A stretch of DNA of 62,280 bases from Candidatus Yonathbacteria bacterium RIFCSPLOWO2_01_FULL_43_27 (GTDB lineage Bacteria; Patescibacteriota; Minisyncoccia; Phycocordibacterales; UBA1550), in contig MHUV01000001.1 in NCBI GenBank assembly GCA_001823545.1, forward strand, positions 37,849 through 100,128, given 5' to 3'. This document shows, piece after piece, positions 1 through 8,118 of the stretch. A program made the translations under genes and the position numbers. The number at the start of each line of letters is the position of its first letter. Position 1 is the first letter of the stretch. The notes under the pieces are model-generated. The model searched no databases. It saw nothing but the letters and a program-made list of their open reading frames with translations, and was not told where the DNA came from.

Positions 1-2
1 AC

Positions 3-314
3 GTAACCTCCAACCAAAAAATAGAATTTGAAGACCAATATGAACGACCGAGCGGATATTACAACCAGAAGAAGACATCAAAAATCATAGCATTGATAAT
101 AAAATTTTCTGGTGGACATATTAAAAATGAACAACAGGCAAATTATGTATTAATAATATTTGCAGTAGCAGCAATAATAATTTCAATCATTTTGTTTTCT
201 CGCCTTAGCCCTACCTCGCCTAAAGCGGTTCAATTTCGCGAGGATATTCCGCTAGAACTAAGGAAGAACCTCTCTCCTGAAGTATTGGAAACTATTCCCT
301 CAAAATTTAAATGA
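3..314 (+). CDS. small single-pass membrane protein, N-terminus cut by window edge; paralog of 892..1158
   Basis: Frame is open from base 3. [27 protein letters not shown] plus a hydrophobic helix aligns with KTSKIIELAIKYSGGIIKDEQQASYVV of 892..1158. The stop overlaps the next start (ATGA at 311-314). Confidence 0.6.
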   Translation, partial: VTSNQKIEFEDQYERPSGYYNQKKTSKIIALIIKFSGGHIKNEQQANYVLIIFAVAAIIISIILFSRLSPTSPKAVQFREDIPLELRKNLSPEVLETIPSKFK

Positions 315-781
315 AATTCAACACTAAAACAAACAAAAGAGGATTTACTCTGATAGAGCTTTTGGTGGTCATCGCCATTATTAGCCTGCTTTCTTCAGTG
401 GTTTTGACCAGCCTTAACTCGGCGCGAGATAAAGCAAGGTATGCGCGGGCTAAAATGGATATCAAGCAGTTAAAAATAGCGATGTTAGCTTACAAGCTAG
501 ACAACGGTCAGCTTCCCCCACCCGGCGATAACTGTTCAGCATGTAGTGAACCACCTAGTGGAGCTTGGCTTAATGTAATAAACGCATTAGTTAGTGGTAA
601 TTATTTAAGTGGACGTATTGATAGAGATCCGTGGGGGAATTATTACGCCTACGACGATAATGACTGCAGTAGTGGTGCCCCTCCCGTAATGACATCTTAT
701 TTATTTACTACCGGCGCAGATAAAACAAGATTCACAGCAGATGATTACCGAGTCACCATTACCCAAGGTTGCGCAGATTAG
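311..781 (+). CDS. type IV pilin / GspG-like pseudopilin with prepilin N-terminal methylation motif
   Basis: N-terminus [23 protein letters not shown] is a class III signal (G|FTLIE) plus hydrophobic helix. [10 protein letters not shown] resembles the GspG-type core. Confidence 0.85.
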   Translation: MKFNTKTNKRGFTLIELLVVIAIISLLSSVVLTSLNSARDKARYARAKMDIKQLKIAMLAYKLDNGQLPPPGDNCSACSEPPSGAWLNVINALVSGNYLSGRIDRDPWGNYYAYDDNDCSSGAPPVMTSYLFTTGADKTRFTADDYRVTITQGCAD

Positions 782-827
782 ATATCTATAACTTTACTTA
801 CAATAATTCAAAGTAGCGACACGCACC

Positions 828-866
828 AAAACCTACCACGGACTCACTGTGGTGGGTTTTGTTTTT
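828..866 (+). terminator. intrinsic terminator after pilin gene
   Basis: aaaacctaccac / gtggtgggtttt stem followed by a T-run. Confidence 0.7.
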
Positions 867-891
867 CCTAATTATTCTTTATAATTATGTT

Positions 892-1158
892 ATGGACAAC
901 AATAATAACTCTAAAGTAGAATTTGAAATTCAAGGGGAAACGCCGAAAGGTTATTACGGCCAGAATAAAACATCAAAAATTATAGAGCTAGCAATAAAAT
1001 ATTCCGGTGGTATTATTAAAGATGAACAGCAGGCATCCTATGTCGTATTGATTGTCTCAGTATTAATTACTGTCATCTCATTATTTTTTCTTTTTAAGGG
1101 TGAGGGTGCGCCGAATATTCCGCCACCAGCAAATTATCCACAGCTTCAAAACAGATGA
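892..1158 (+). CDS. small single-pass membrane protein (paralog of 3..314)
   Basis: ATG at 892 (MDNNNNSKVEFEIQ...), conserved KTSKIIELAIKYSGGIIKDEQQ block and TM helix. The stop overlaps the downstream pilin start (ATGA at 1155-1158). Confidence 0.6.
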   Translation: MDNNNNSKVEFEIQGETPKGYYGQNKTSKIIELAIKYSGGIIKDEQQASYVVLIVSVLITVISLFFLFKGEGAPNIPPPANYPQLQNR

Positions 1159-1664
1159 CATACTACAAAAATAAGGCAGGTTTTACATTGATAGAACTCC
1201 TTGTGGTTATAGCCATAATAAGCCTTTTGGCTTCGGTGGTTATGGCGAGCTTGAATTCAGCTCGATCAAAAGCCCGCGATGCACGAAGAGTCTCTGATGT
1301 AAAACAATTTCAATTGGCGTTGGGTCTTTATTACGATAAATATGGAAGATATATAGACACCATGGCCGCAGGGCCAATAGGCATCCCAACAGACGCTTCA
1401 ACCGCACTCGCACCTCTTGTCGCCGAAGGGTTTATCCCCTCAATTTCTACAAACCCAAACTCTCTTTCTTGTGGTTATTGGGGAAATTCAATATATGTTT
1501 ACGGTTCATCAGTTTGGGATCTCCCCGGAGCCGTCTGCCCACCGACTGCAAACAATAACTCATACGCCATAGAATTTTGCCTTGAAAACTCGAGTAACTT
1601 GTTTGGTACACCCTACCCTAGTGACGGTTGTGGAAGATATTGCTATGCAAAATGTGTGTATTAA
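1155..1664 (+). CDS. type IV pilin-like protein (prepilin N-terminal methylation motif)
   Basis: [39 protein letters not shown]. Cys-rich C-terminal half. Confidence 0.85.
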   Translation: MTYYKNKAGFTLIELLVVIAIISLLASVVMASLNSARSKARDARRVSDVKQFQLALGLYYDKYGRYIDTMAAGPIGIPTDASTALAPLVAEGFIPSISTNPNSLSCGYWGNSIYVYGSSVWDLPGAVCPPTANNNSYAIEFCLENSSNLFGTPYPSDGCGRYCYAKCVY

Positions 1665-1754
1665 TACGTAAATCATACAAAAGTGAATACAAACTAAAAG
1701 CATTCCTAAATAGCGAAAAATTTTGTACAATATAGGTATAATCAAAACAACATT

Positions 1755-2285
1755 ATGAAAATACTCAAAATAGTTCTTGCGATAATCGTTATCTTGCTTC
1801 TTATTGTTTTGGCATGGCTTTTTGTTACTAACAAAATAGGGAAAGAGAAGATCACTCCACCTGATACGTCATTGAATACCGACGTACCTTCAAAAACAAC
1901 TAATGAACAGCTTTGCTACATCTGGAACACTGAAGCTGGTGACCGCGCAAAACTTTCTATAGATGTACGTGAAAATAAGGCTACGGGAGATTTCTATTGG
2001 CTCCTCGCAAAAAATGAACCTAAAACAGGAATTTTCATCGGAACTGTCTCGCCTATTGATACGAAAACAATGAAACAAACTATTGTCGCGCTATGGGATT
2101 CAAAAAAAGGTACCAAAACAAGAAAAGAGGAAATAGTTATCATTTTTGGTAAAGGGATTGCAAACGTAGGTTTCGGAGAAATGAAAGACAGAGGTGATGG
2201 TGTATATGAATATACAAACCCAGAAAAATTGTCATTTGAACCCAATCTTCAACAAACTGATTGCAATGACGAGGCAATGAGGTAA
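1755..2285 (+). CDS. hypothetical membrane-anchored protein
   Basis: 176-aa ORF with N-terminal TM helix (KILKIVLAIIVILLLIVLAWLFV). No recognisable domain. Confidence 0.6.
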   Translation: MKILKIVLAIIVILLLIVLAWLFVTNKIGKEKITPPDTSLNTDVPSKTTNEQLCYIWNTEAGDRAKLSIDVRENKATGDFYWLLAKNEPKTGIFIGTVSPIDTKTMKQTIVALWDSKKGTKTRKEEIVIIFGKGIANVGFGEMKDRGDGVYEYTNPEKLSFEPNLQQTDCNDEAMR

Positions 2286-2311
2286 GTTACACAAACTATT
2301 ACAAAAGTTGT

Positions 2312-2340
2312 TTGACAAATTGGTAAAAATATACTATACT
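2312..2340 (+). promoter_or_regulatory. sigma70-type promoter (TTGACA-17-TATACT)
   Basis: ttgaca at 2312-2317, 17-nt spacer, tatact at 2335-2340. AAGGAGG lies just upstream of the ATG at 2402. Confidence 0.7.
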
Positions 2341-2401
2341 GTATATAGAATTTACGGAACGCACATTGAGGTAAACAAAAAAACTTAAGGAGGTATGCCA
2401 G

Positions 2402-3328
2402 ATGCTTTTCATTGGAGGAGATTCTATCCGTTTCAGAGGTCAATATTTCAAGGCACACGTAGGAATCAAAGAAAGTAAACCTTTCCTGTGCACCCCCATC
2501 GTCTATAATGATGAGGAAAATTGTGGCGTAGGAATAATTGTGGAGTGGAACAGGGTGCAAAAGTGGGGAATGTACGAACCACGCGATTACATCGCCTCGT
2601 GGCGTGCGGGTGAAATTTTACGTGAACTCAGACACATAAACTCCATCACCGTACGTGGGGCGTATTTCGCAGCAAGCCGAAGCCTCAACAGTAAAGAAGA
2701 GCAGTATTGCACCACACCTGTTATCGAGGGAATTGGAGAAGAGAGCTACCACAAAATTATGTCTCTCCCAATTCCGAATAAAATAGTACAGGTGGTACTC
2801 GACGACAGGAAGAATAAAAGCCTGAATCCAAACCTCTACCCTCTTACTGAAGAGATAGAGGCAGGGACGCTTGCGTGGCGGGGTGAGTTTTCCGAAGCTG
2901 GTGTCCTCACTCCAGAGCAATTCAGGACCAACAAGAAAAGACATGAAGAAATAAAGCTCGAGACGGACAAACACCTGCGTTCGATGATTAATGACATCAA
3001 AAATATTGACCTGACGGACATAGGAATATGCATAATAAGGAGTACCCTCGCGACACTTTTTGAGAAAAAAGTTAACGAGGAATACCCTCACTATGTCCTC
3101 GTCGCCTTTGCGGTCATTATGAGCGATGCCAAAGTCGCACATATCCAAAGTCGCGCGGGCTACAAGATGTTCGAGAAGATATCCCGGTGGGTATCACGCA
3201 CTTCAGGATATCCACGATTTAGCCCTTTCAACATCGTTCCTAAAAAAAAGGGCGTACTTTCTCCTCAAGAATCGTTTGACCTCCTTCAGAAATTAGTCAG
3301 CCAATATTACCCGGCTGATAAAAACTGA
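2402..3328 (+). CDS. hypothetical protein (308 aa), no recognisable domain
   Basis: Long ORF with its own consensus promoter, SD and terminator. Confidence 0.65.
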   Translation: MLFIGGDSIRFRGQYFKAHVGIKESKPFLCTPIVYNDEENCGVGIIVEWNRVQKWGMYEPRDYIASWRAGEILRELRHINSITVRGAYFAASRSLNSKEEQYCTTPVIEGIGEESYHKIMSLPIPNKIVQVVLDDRKNKSLNPNLYPLTEEIEAGTLAWRGEFSEAGVLTPEQFRTNKKRHEEIKLETDKHLRSMINDIKNIDLTDIGICIIRSTLATLFEKKVNEEYPHYVLVAFAVIMSDAKVAHIQSRAGYKMFEKISRWVSRTSGYPRFSPFNIVPKKKGVLSPQESFDLLQKLVSQYYPADKN

Positions 3329-3347
3329 CGGTGCTTTAAAAGTTCAC

Positions 3348-3388
3348 CTCGCGCTCCAGTTCTTGTGGAGCGCGAGTTTTTTGTTTTT
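3348..3388 (+). terminator. intrinsic terminator
   Basis: ctcgcgctcca / tggagcgcgag stem followed by ttttttgttttt. Confidence 0.8.
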
Positions 3389-3452
3389 ATCACTCAGACA
3401 TAATTTTATATTGTTACAGATACTTCTCACGTGCTACAATAAACATAACAGT

Positions 3453-3932
3453 ATGGAAGAATATCACATCACGTGGCACGCACCTGAACACGAGCATCGC
3501 GAGCATACCGCCGACTGGTACTGGGCAGTCAGTATTATTACCATATCACTGGCAATTGCGTTTATTCTTTTAGGAAACATCCTCCTCTCACTTATTCTTG
3601 TTATTGGTATCGGTTCTCTGCTTTTGCATTCAAAAAACCCTTCTCGCATGATCGAGCACGAAATATCACGCAAAGGTATTCGTTCAGGCGATAAACTTCG
3701 CCCATGGCACACGCTTGAAGCATTTTGGATTCTCGAAGAACAAACAATTCACAACATACACATTTCACCAAAACTTCTTTTGATCTCTGAGAAACCCTAT
3801 ATGCCACAAATAGTAATACCTCTTGATAATGCGCCCCTAGACGAAATTCATCAGATTCTTTCAAAAAAGCTCGAGGAAGTGCCTCAGGCTGAACCTTTTG
3901 CAAGTCGTCTTATGCGCACATTTGGATTTTAG
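3453..3932 (+). CDS. hypothetical two-TM membrane protein
   Basis: Internal ATG at 3453 (MEEYHITWHAPEHEHREHTADWYWAVSIITISLAIAF...). The upstream part of the listed ORF looks like noncoding leader. Confidence 0.55.
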   Translation: MEEYHITWHAPEHEHREHTADWYWAVSIITISLAIAFILLGNILLSLILVIGIGSLLLHSKNPSRMIEHEISRKGIRSGDKLRPWHTLEAFWILEEQTIHNIHISPKLLLISEKPYMPQIVIPLDNAPLDEIHQILSKKLEEVPQAEPFASRLMRTFGF

Positions 3933-4027
3933 GTTTGCAAACAACACAATTCCCCGTAGACGGTAGTTCTCTCATTTTTTGCTTTTTCCTGATTTTGTGG
4001 TAATGTGTAGAGGTTCAAAACATAGCC

Positions 4028-4099
4028 GTCCTCGTCGTTCAACGGATAGGACACGAGATTGCGGATCTCGTAATTGAGGTTCGATTCCTCACGAGGGCA
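4028..4099 (+). tRNA. tRNA-Arg (anticodon GCG), no encoded CCA
   Basis: Manual cloverleaf: acceptor GTCCTCG/CGAGGGC, D arm GTTC..GGAC, anticodon arm CGAGA-TTGCGGA-TCTCG, T arm TGAGG-TTCGATT-CCTCA, discriminator A. Confidence 0.85.
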
Positions 4100-4107
4100 C
4101 AAGAAAT

Positions 4108-4140
4108 AAAAGCACCCATTAGGGTGTTTTTATTTTATTT
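4108..4140. terminator. bidirectional hairpin terminator between tRNA-Arg and the convergent element
   Basis: gcaccc-atta-gggtgt stem flanked by an A-run upstream and a T-run downstream. Confidence 0.6.
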
Positions 4141-4263
4141 GTGCCCTCGTGAGGAATCGAACGTGAAGGGGGTCGGGGAAACATCTGTTTCTCCGTGGAG
4201 GAAGGCTTGGGAAAACCGTGGGTTTCCCAGGAGTGAGATAGCGAAGCGTCCTCACGAGGGCAC
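4141..4263 (-). repeat. tRNA-Arg minihelix-mimic element (copy A1), candidate structured RNA
   Basis: Perfect 14-bp terminal inverted repeat gtgccctcgtgagg (4141-4154) / cctcacgagggcac (4250-4263). The minus-strand 3' end gttcgattcctcacgagggcac equals the last 22 nt at the tRNA-Arg 3' end. The core is shared with 18858-19004 and 48473-48617. Confidence 0.6.
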
Positions 4264-4302
4264 CATAAAAAATACCCCCTTAATGTGGGGTATTTTTTAT
4301 GG
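4263..4302. repeat. 16-bp-stem palindromic hairpin
   Basis: ccataaaaaatacccc ... ggggtattttttatgg. Confidence 0.7.
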
Positions 4303-4348
4303 TGCCCTCGTAGCAAGGCGCCTGCGCGCCTTGCGTGAGGAATCGAAA
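4302..4348 (-). repeat. second inverted copy of the tRNA-Arg 3' end, interrupted by a 24-nt GC hairpin (copy A2)
   Basis: gtgccctcg [tagcaaggcgcctgcgcgccttgc] gtgaggaatcgaaa. Confidence 0.55.
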
Positions 4349-4645
4349 GACGGAGTATGTTTTGTTTAGCAAAACAAAACTACGAGTCGAGTGAGAAGCG
4401 AATACCTGGAGCTTCGCAAGATCGGAAATTATTTTTCTAGCAAGAAAAATAATTGAGAGGGGGTCGCGACTTTTGTAAGACGACGGTCGAGCAAAAAGTT
4501 GTGACCACGGAATTTTGTGAGTGACGACGAACAAAATATCTGTGACCGAGACGAACAATTATCTTCGACCGTCATTGCATTTATCTCAATAGTATAGTAG
4601 AAAACAAGAGGATAAGTTACTAAAAAAATCTATAGGAGGAATGGT

Positions 4646-5594
4646 ATGCCTAAAAGAAATTTCTGGAACCTCATCGAAAACAGGTGGGGTGACAACAAAT
4701 TCGTCTGTGTAGGACTCGACAGCAATATTAAAGAGATCCCCCGCTCCTTCTACGGCACGGTTGGAGTACCCGATGTTGTCTCCACAACCATTCAGATTCA
4801 ACAAAGTGATAGTAGAGGCAACAGCAGGTCTCGTATCTACCTACAAACTGAACTCTGCCGACTACGAAGCCTCGGGACCAGAAGGCTACGCCGCTATGAA
4901 AGGAACGATCGAGATGATTCATCAGGTCGAACCAGAAGCTGCTGTTATCATCGATGCCAAGCGCGGAGACACACACGATACCAATATCGACTACGCATGC
5001 GCACTCTTCGATGAGATGCAGGCAGACGCGATCACTATCAACCCGTATTTTGGAGAGAAAGCCTTGCGACCGTTTCTCGAGAGAAAAGAAAAAGGTATCT
5101 TTGTTCACTGTCTTTCTTCCGACGAGGGAGCAGAAGAGTTTCAATATCAACCGGTCTCGCTGAGAAGAAATGAACTCGACGAGATCGAGAAGCTTTTAGG
5201 ACACGCGACACACTATAACGGCGTTCCTTTGTACGAGTATGTTGCCTATAAGGTGGCACACTCGTGGAACAAAAACCATAACTGCGGTCTTGTGATCGGT
5301 GCAACACGTTCAGACGAACTCCGTGAAATCCGTAAAGTTATCGGCGATAATATGCCGATCTTGAGTCCCGGCATCGGCGCGCAGGGTGGCGACACCTACC
5401 AAGCATTCAGTGCCGGGAAAAACAAACGCGGAGAAGGACTGATCCTCAGCTCCTCGCGAAGCATTATCTTTGCATCGACCGACAACGTAGCTGAAGCAGC
5501 GCATCGCGAGACAAAAAAGATCGCAGAGGAAATTCATCGCGCGCGCCTGAAACACAGTTGTCGTCTTAGTGAAGGGCAGGCAAGTCCTCTGTAA
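4646..5594 (+). pseudogene. pyrF: orotidine 5'-phosphate decarboxylase (type-2 PyrF) with a one-base reading-frame break near 4735-4790
   Basis: The N-terminal VCVGLDSNIKEIP motif is in the frame of 4646. The rest of the type-2 PyrF pattern is in the frame of 4761: FRFNKVIVEATAGLVSTYKLNSADYEASG...IIDAKRGDTHDTN...DAITINPYFG. A C5 run lies at 4738-4742. Confidence 0.6.
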
Positions 5595-5618
5595 TATATC
5601 AGTACACTTGCAACACAA

Positions 5619-5649
5619 AGTTCGCCGTCAAATGACGGCGAACTTTTTT
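5619..5649 (+). terminator. intrinsic terminator after pyrF
   Basis: agttcgccgtc-aaat-gacggcgaact followed by ttttt. Confidence 0.8.
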
Positions 5650-5714
5650 ATTAGCGACGTAGAGCGAGTGAAATGAGAAAGTAATCTTCCTCATTTCTGA
5701 GCCGAGGAGCTAAT
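5650..5714 (+). repeat. R-element copy 1 (ATTAGCGACGTAGAGCGAG-hairpin-GAGCCGAGGAGCTAAT)
   Basis: Same flanks as 49764-49828 and 62183-62247. Central stem is GAAATGAGAAAG/CTTCCTCATTTC. Confidence 0.75.
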
Positions 5715-5809
5715 ACAAGGGTTGAATACCCCGCCCCTCTGGGGCGGTAAATGTGTGAACGAAGCGAACACATTTTGACCGTGGTTTTGCCACGGGGCAA
5801 ATACCGCTT

Positions 5810-7315
5810 TTATTCTCTGTTTTCGCTTGGTAAAGTTTTGAGATAATTTTTTACAATTACAATGGTGATCACGATGTATGAAATAATGAGTTCAAAAAAT
5901 GAAAATGATATTTTTGAAATCGTTGCAAATGGAATGTGTGAAAAAAGTGAAACTACAGAAATAATGTACGAGAGAAGAATATGTGCAACAGAAGACAAGA
6001 TTGTTCCTAAAAATGGAACCCACGAAAGTAGTGCGACGAGCGCGGTAAAAAACATTACAAGCGGTATGACGGGAAGGATAAAAATATTTGCGATAAATGA
6101 AATGAGCGAGAGACTTCCTGTCTGATACAAAATGAGGGGCAGTACAAAAATTTGTGTTGCGAATGTGGTGGTCACAATTTCTTGAAGCATGCTCTGACGA
6201 ATCCATAAAAAATATTTATTGAGTACGGGTGCGAACACGACGAGTGCAAGTGTCGCCATAAACGAAAGCTGAAATGAAACATCATGAAAGAGAATGAGTG
6301 GGTTCAAAAAAATCATCACACCTCCTGCAAGTGCGAGCGCGCGAAGTGCGCTCCCCTCGCGTCCCATCGCGCGTGCAAGAATAACGACGAGCACCATGAT
6401 CGTCGCGCGCACCACCGTCGCGCCACCACCGACCATCAGCGCAAACAATATCACTGTACCGACACTCATACTCACGCGAAGAAAAAATGGGAGGACCACG
6501 AGTGCGCGTGTCGCACCACTTGCAACGATGGCGATGTTGTACCCAGAGAGTACGACAATGTGCGCCACTCCTACGTCACGAAATTTTTGCAGCAGTTCAC
6601 TGCCGAGCGATTGCTTCTCCCCGAGGAGGATGCCACCCGCGAGCGATGCTTCTGGTTCAGGAATTGCACGAAACATATTTTCAAAAAGCCATGCTCTCAT
6701 GGCAAACAATTTTTCATATAAAAAATTTCCGTGACCACGAGCGACCACGGTAACTTCTGGAAAAAACATTTGATAAAAATTTTTTTCTTTCGCAAGATAC
6801 GCTCGATAGTCGAATGCGCGCGCTCCTTCCTTTGGTGCAAAATTTTTAGGGATTGCTAATTCTCCTTTCAGAACGAGTTCATCTCCATAGTAAAGTTTTG
6901 GGTGCGCTTGTGTGCGCACAAGGACATGCACAGGGCGCTCAAGGACATCGTGCGCCCCACCATAAAAGACATCTCTCGCCTCAAGGACAATGTTGGTATA
7001 TTCTTCTCGGACATCAGGCTGTGTAACAACCATTCCACCCACACGGACCGACGTTCCTACAAACACATCTAATATATGTGCGTTCTGTATATTCGATGAA
7101 ACATCGACACAAAGAACCCCAAGTGCGCATGAAGCAAGAACAAATGAAACAAAGAAACTACGCTGATGCGACGACACCACATTCACCAAGAGGATAAGAA
7201 TGAATGCAAGTACCAGAAATAAAACTGTAAACGAATATCCAAAATTGAAAATGCTTTCAATCGAAACCCCAAGGATGAAACCAAGAATGAAACCAAAAAA
7301 ATATTTCGATGACAT
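5810..7315 (-). CDS. comEC: ComEC/Rec2 family DNA-uptake channel protein (no beta-lactamase domain)
   Basis: 501-aa polytopic membrane protein. The N-terminal OB-like region, the DYRAYLAKEKNFYQMF motif and the multi-TM competence domain match the ComEC pattern. Confidence 0.75.
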   Translation of the reverse strand: MSSKYFFGFILGFILGVSIESIFNFGYSFTVLFLVLAFILILLVNVVSSHQRSFFVSFVLASCALGVLCVDVSSNIQNAHILDVFVGTSVRVGGMVVTQPDVREEYTNIVLEARDVFYGGAHDVLERPVHVLVRTQAHPKLYYGDELVLKGELAIPKNFAPKEGARAFDYRAYLAKEKNFYQMFFPEVTVVARGHGNFLYEKLFAMRAWLFENMFRAIPEPEASLAGGILLGEKQSLGSELLQKFRDVGVAHIVVLSGYNIAIVASGATRALVVLPFFLRVSMSVGTVILFALMVGGGATVVRATIMVLVVILARAMGREGSALRALALAGGVMIFLNPLILFHDVSFQLSFMATLALVVFAPVLNKYFLWIRQSMLQEIVTTTFATQIFVLPLILYQTGSLSLISFIANIFILPVIPLVMFFTALVALLSWVPFLGTILSSVAHILLSYIISVVSLFSHIPFATISKISFSFFELIISYIVITIVIVKNYLKTLPSENRE

Positions 7316-7372
7316 ACAAAAAATTCCGAAAAAAATTTTATGGATACTACTCCTTAAAAACTTTTTTCGGAA

Positions 7373-8113
7373 CTATGCTATTCCCCATGCTTTTATAATT
7401 TCGCGCTCATCATCTGCACTTACTGCCTTTTTGAATTTCGTGTCCTTTACACCCTTGACCCGCTCCTCACACTCCGCCCATGTGGTATGTCTCATAAGTT
7501 TTCCATTTACCAAACTCAGATAGGAATATGCTTTTGCTTTTTGTCGTGTTTTTTCTGCAGGCGTTTTTTTTATTTTTTTTGATTCACCTATTGGTGCATT
7601 GGAAACGAGATCGATGCCATACTGCGTGCGCTCATCATCAAAAAGTTTTATATTTTTTTCATCCGCATACGCAGTTGCAATTTCATCCGCGCGCTCATTC
7701 CCTGGAATACCCGAATGTCCCGGTGTATAGTTCCATAAAATTTTTGCGCCACTCATTTGTACATCCGCCACTACACATGCGAGTGCTTCCCACAACTCAC
7801 GATTCGCCACTTCTTCTTTTTGTGTATTTCGCCAGCCATTTTTTTGCCATCCAAAAATCCACTTGGTGATGCCGTTGATCACGTAGCGCGAGTCCGCGCG
7901 CATATCAATCGTGCCGACAATTCCCAGATCGCACACAAACCGAAGTGACTCGATTGCTGCCATAAGTTCCATCTTGTTGTTCGTAGTGAGACGCGTTCCA
8001 CCACCGAGTTCCACTACACGTTCACGTGTAGCAACAATCGCTCCCCATCCACCCGGACCAGGGTTGCCTCGTGATGAACCGTCGGTGTAAATGATAATTT
8101 CAGATGCTTTCAT
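7373..8113 (-). CDS. rnhA: ribonuclease HI with a C-terminal hybrid-binding (RNase H1 / caulimovirus-VI type) domain
   Basis: IIYTDGSSRGNPGPGGWGAIV...TNNKMELMAAIESL...GHSGIPGNERADEIA, then C-terminal YSYLSLVNGKLMRHTTWAECEERVKGVKDTKFKKAVS. Confidence 0.85.
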   Translation of the reverse strand: MKASEIIIYTDGSSRGNPGPGGWGAIVATRERVVELGGGTRLTTNNKMELMAAIESLRFVCDLGIVGTIDMRADSRYVINGITKWIFGWQKNGWRNTQKEEVANRELWEALACVVADVQMSGAKILWNYTPGHSGIPGNERADEIATAYADEKNIKLFDDERTQYGIDLVSNAPIGESKKIKKTPAEKTRQKAKAYSYLSLVNGKLMRHTTWAECEERVKGVKDTKFKKAVSADDEREIIKAWGIA

Positions 8114-8118
8114 GTATG

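Noticed and set aside
4119-4558. ORFs 4119..4316(-), 4124..4369(+) and 4280..4558(-) in the spacer after tRNA-Arg
   Set aside because: They run through the inverted repeats, palindromes and tRNA-end copies. They have no SD, and their sequences are what repeats translate to. Treated as noncoding.
6284-6753. Three overlapping plus-strand ORFs inside comEC, and similar antisense ORFs inside recJ, polA, the 700-aa surface protein, virB4 and others
   Set aside because: They are antisense or alternative-frame ORFs within well-supported genes, and their composition is arginine/histidine- or serine-rich as expected from reverse-strand translation.
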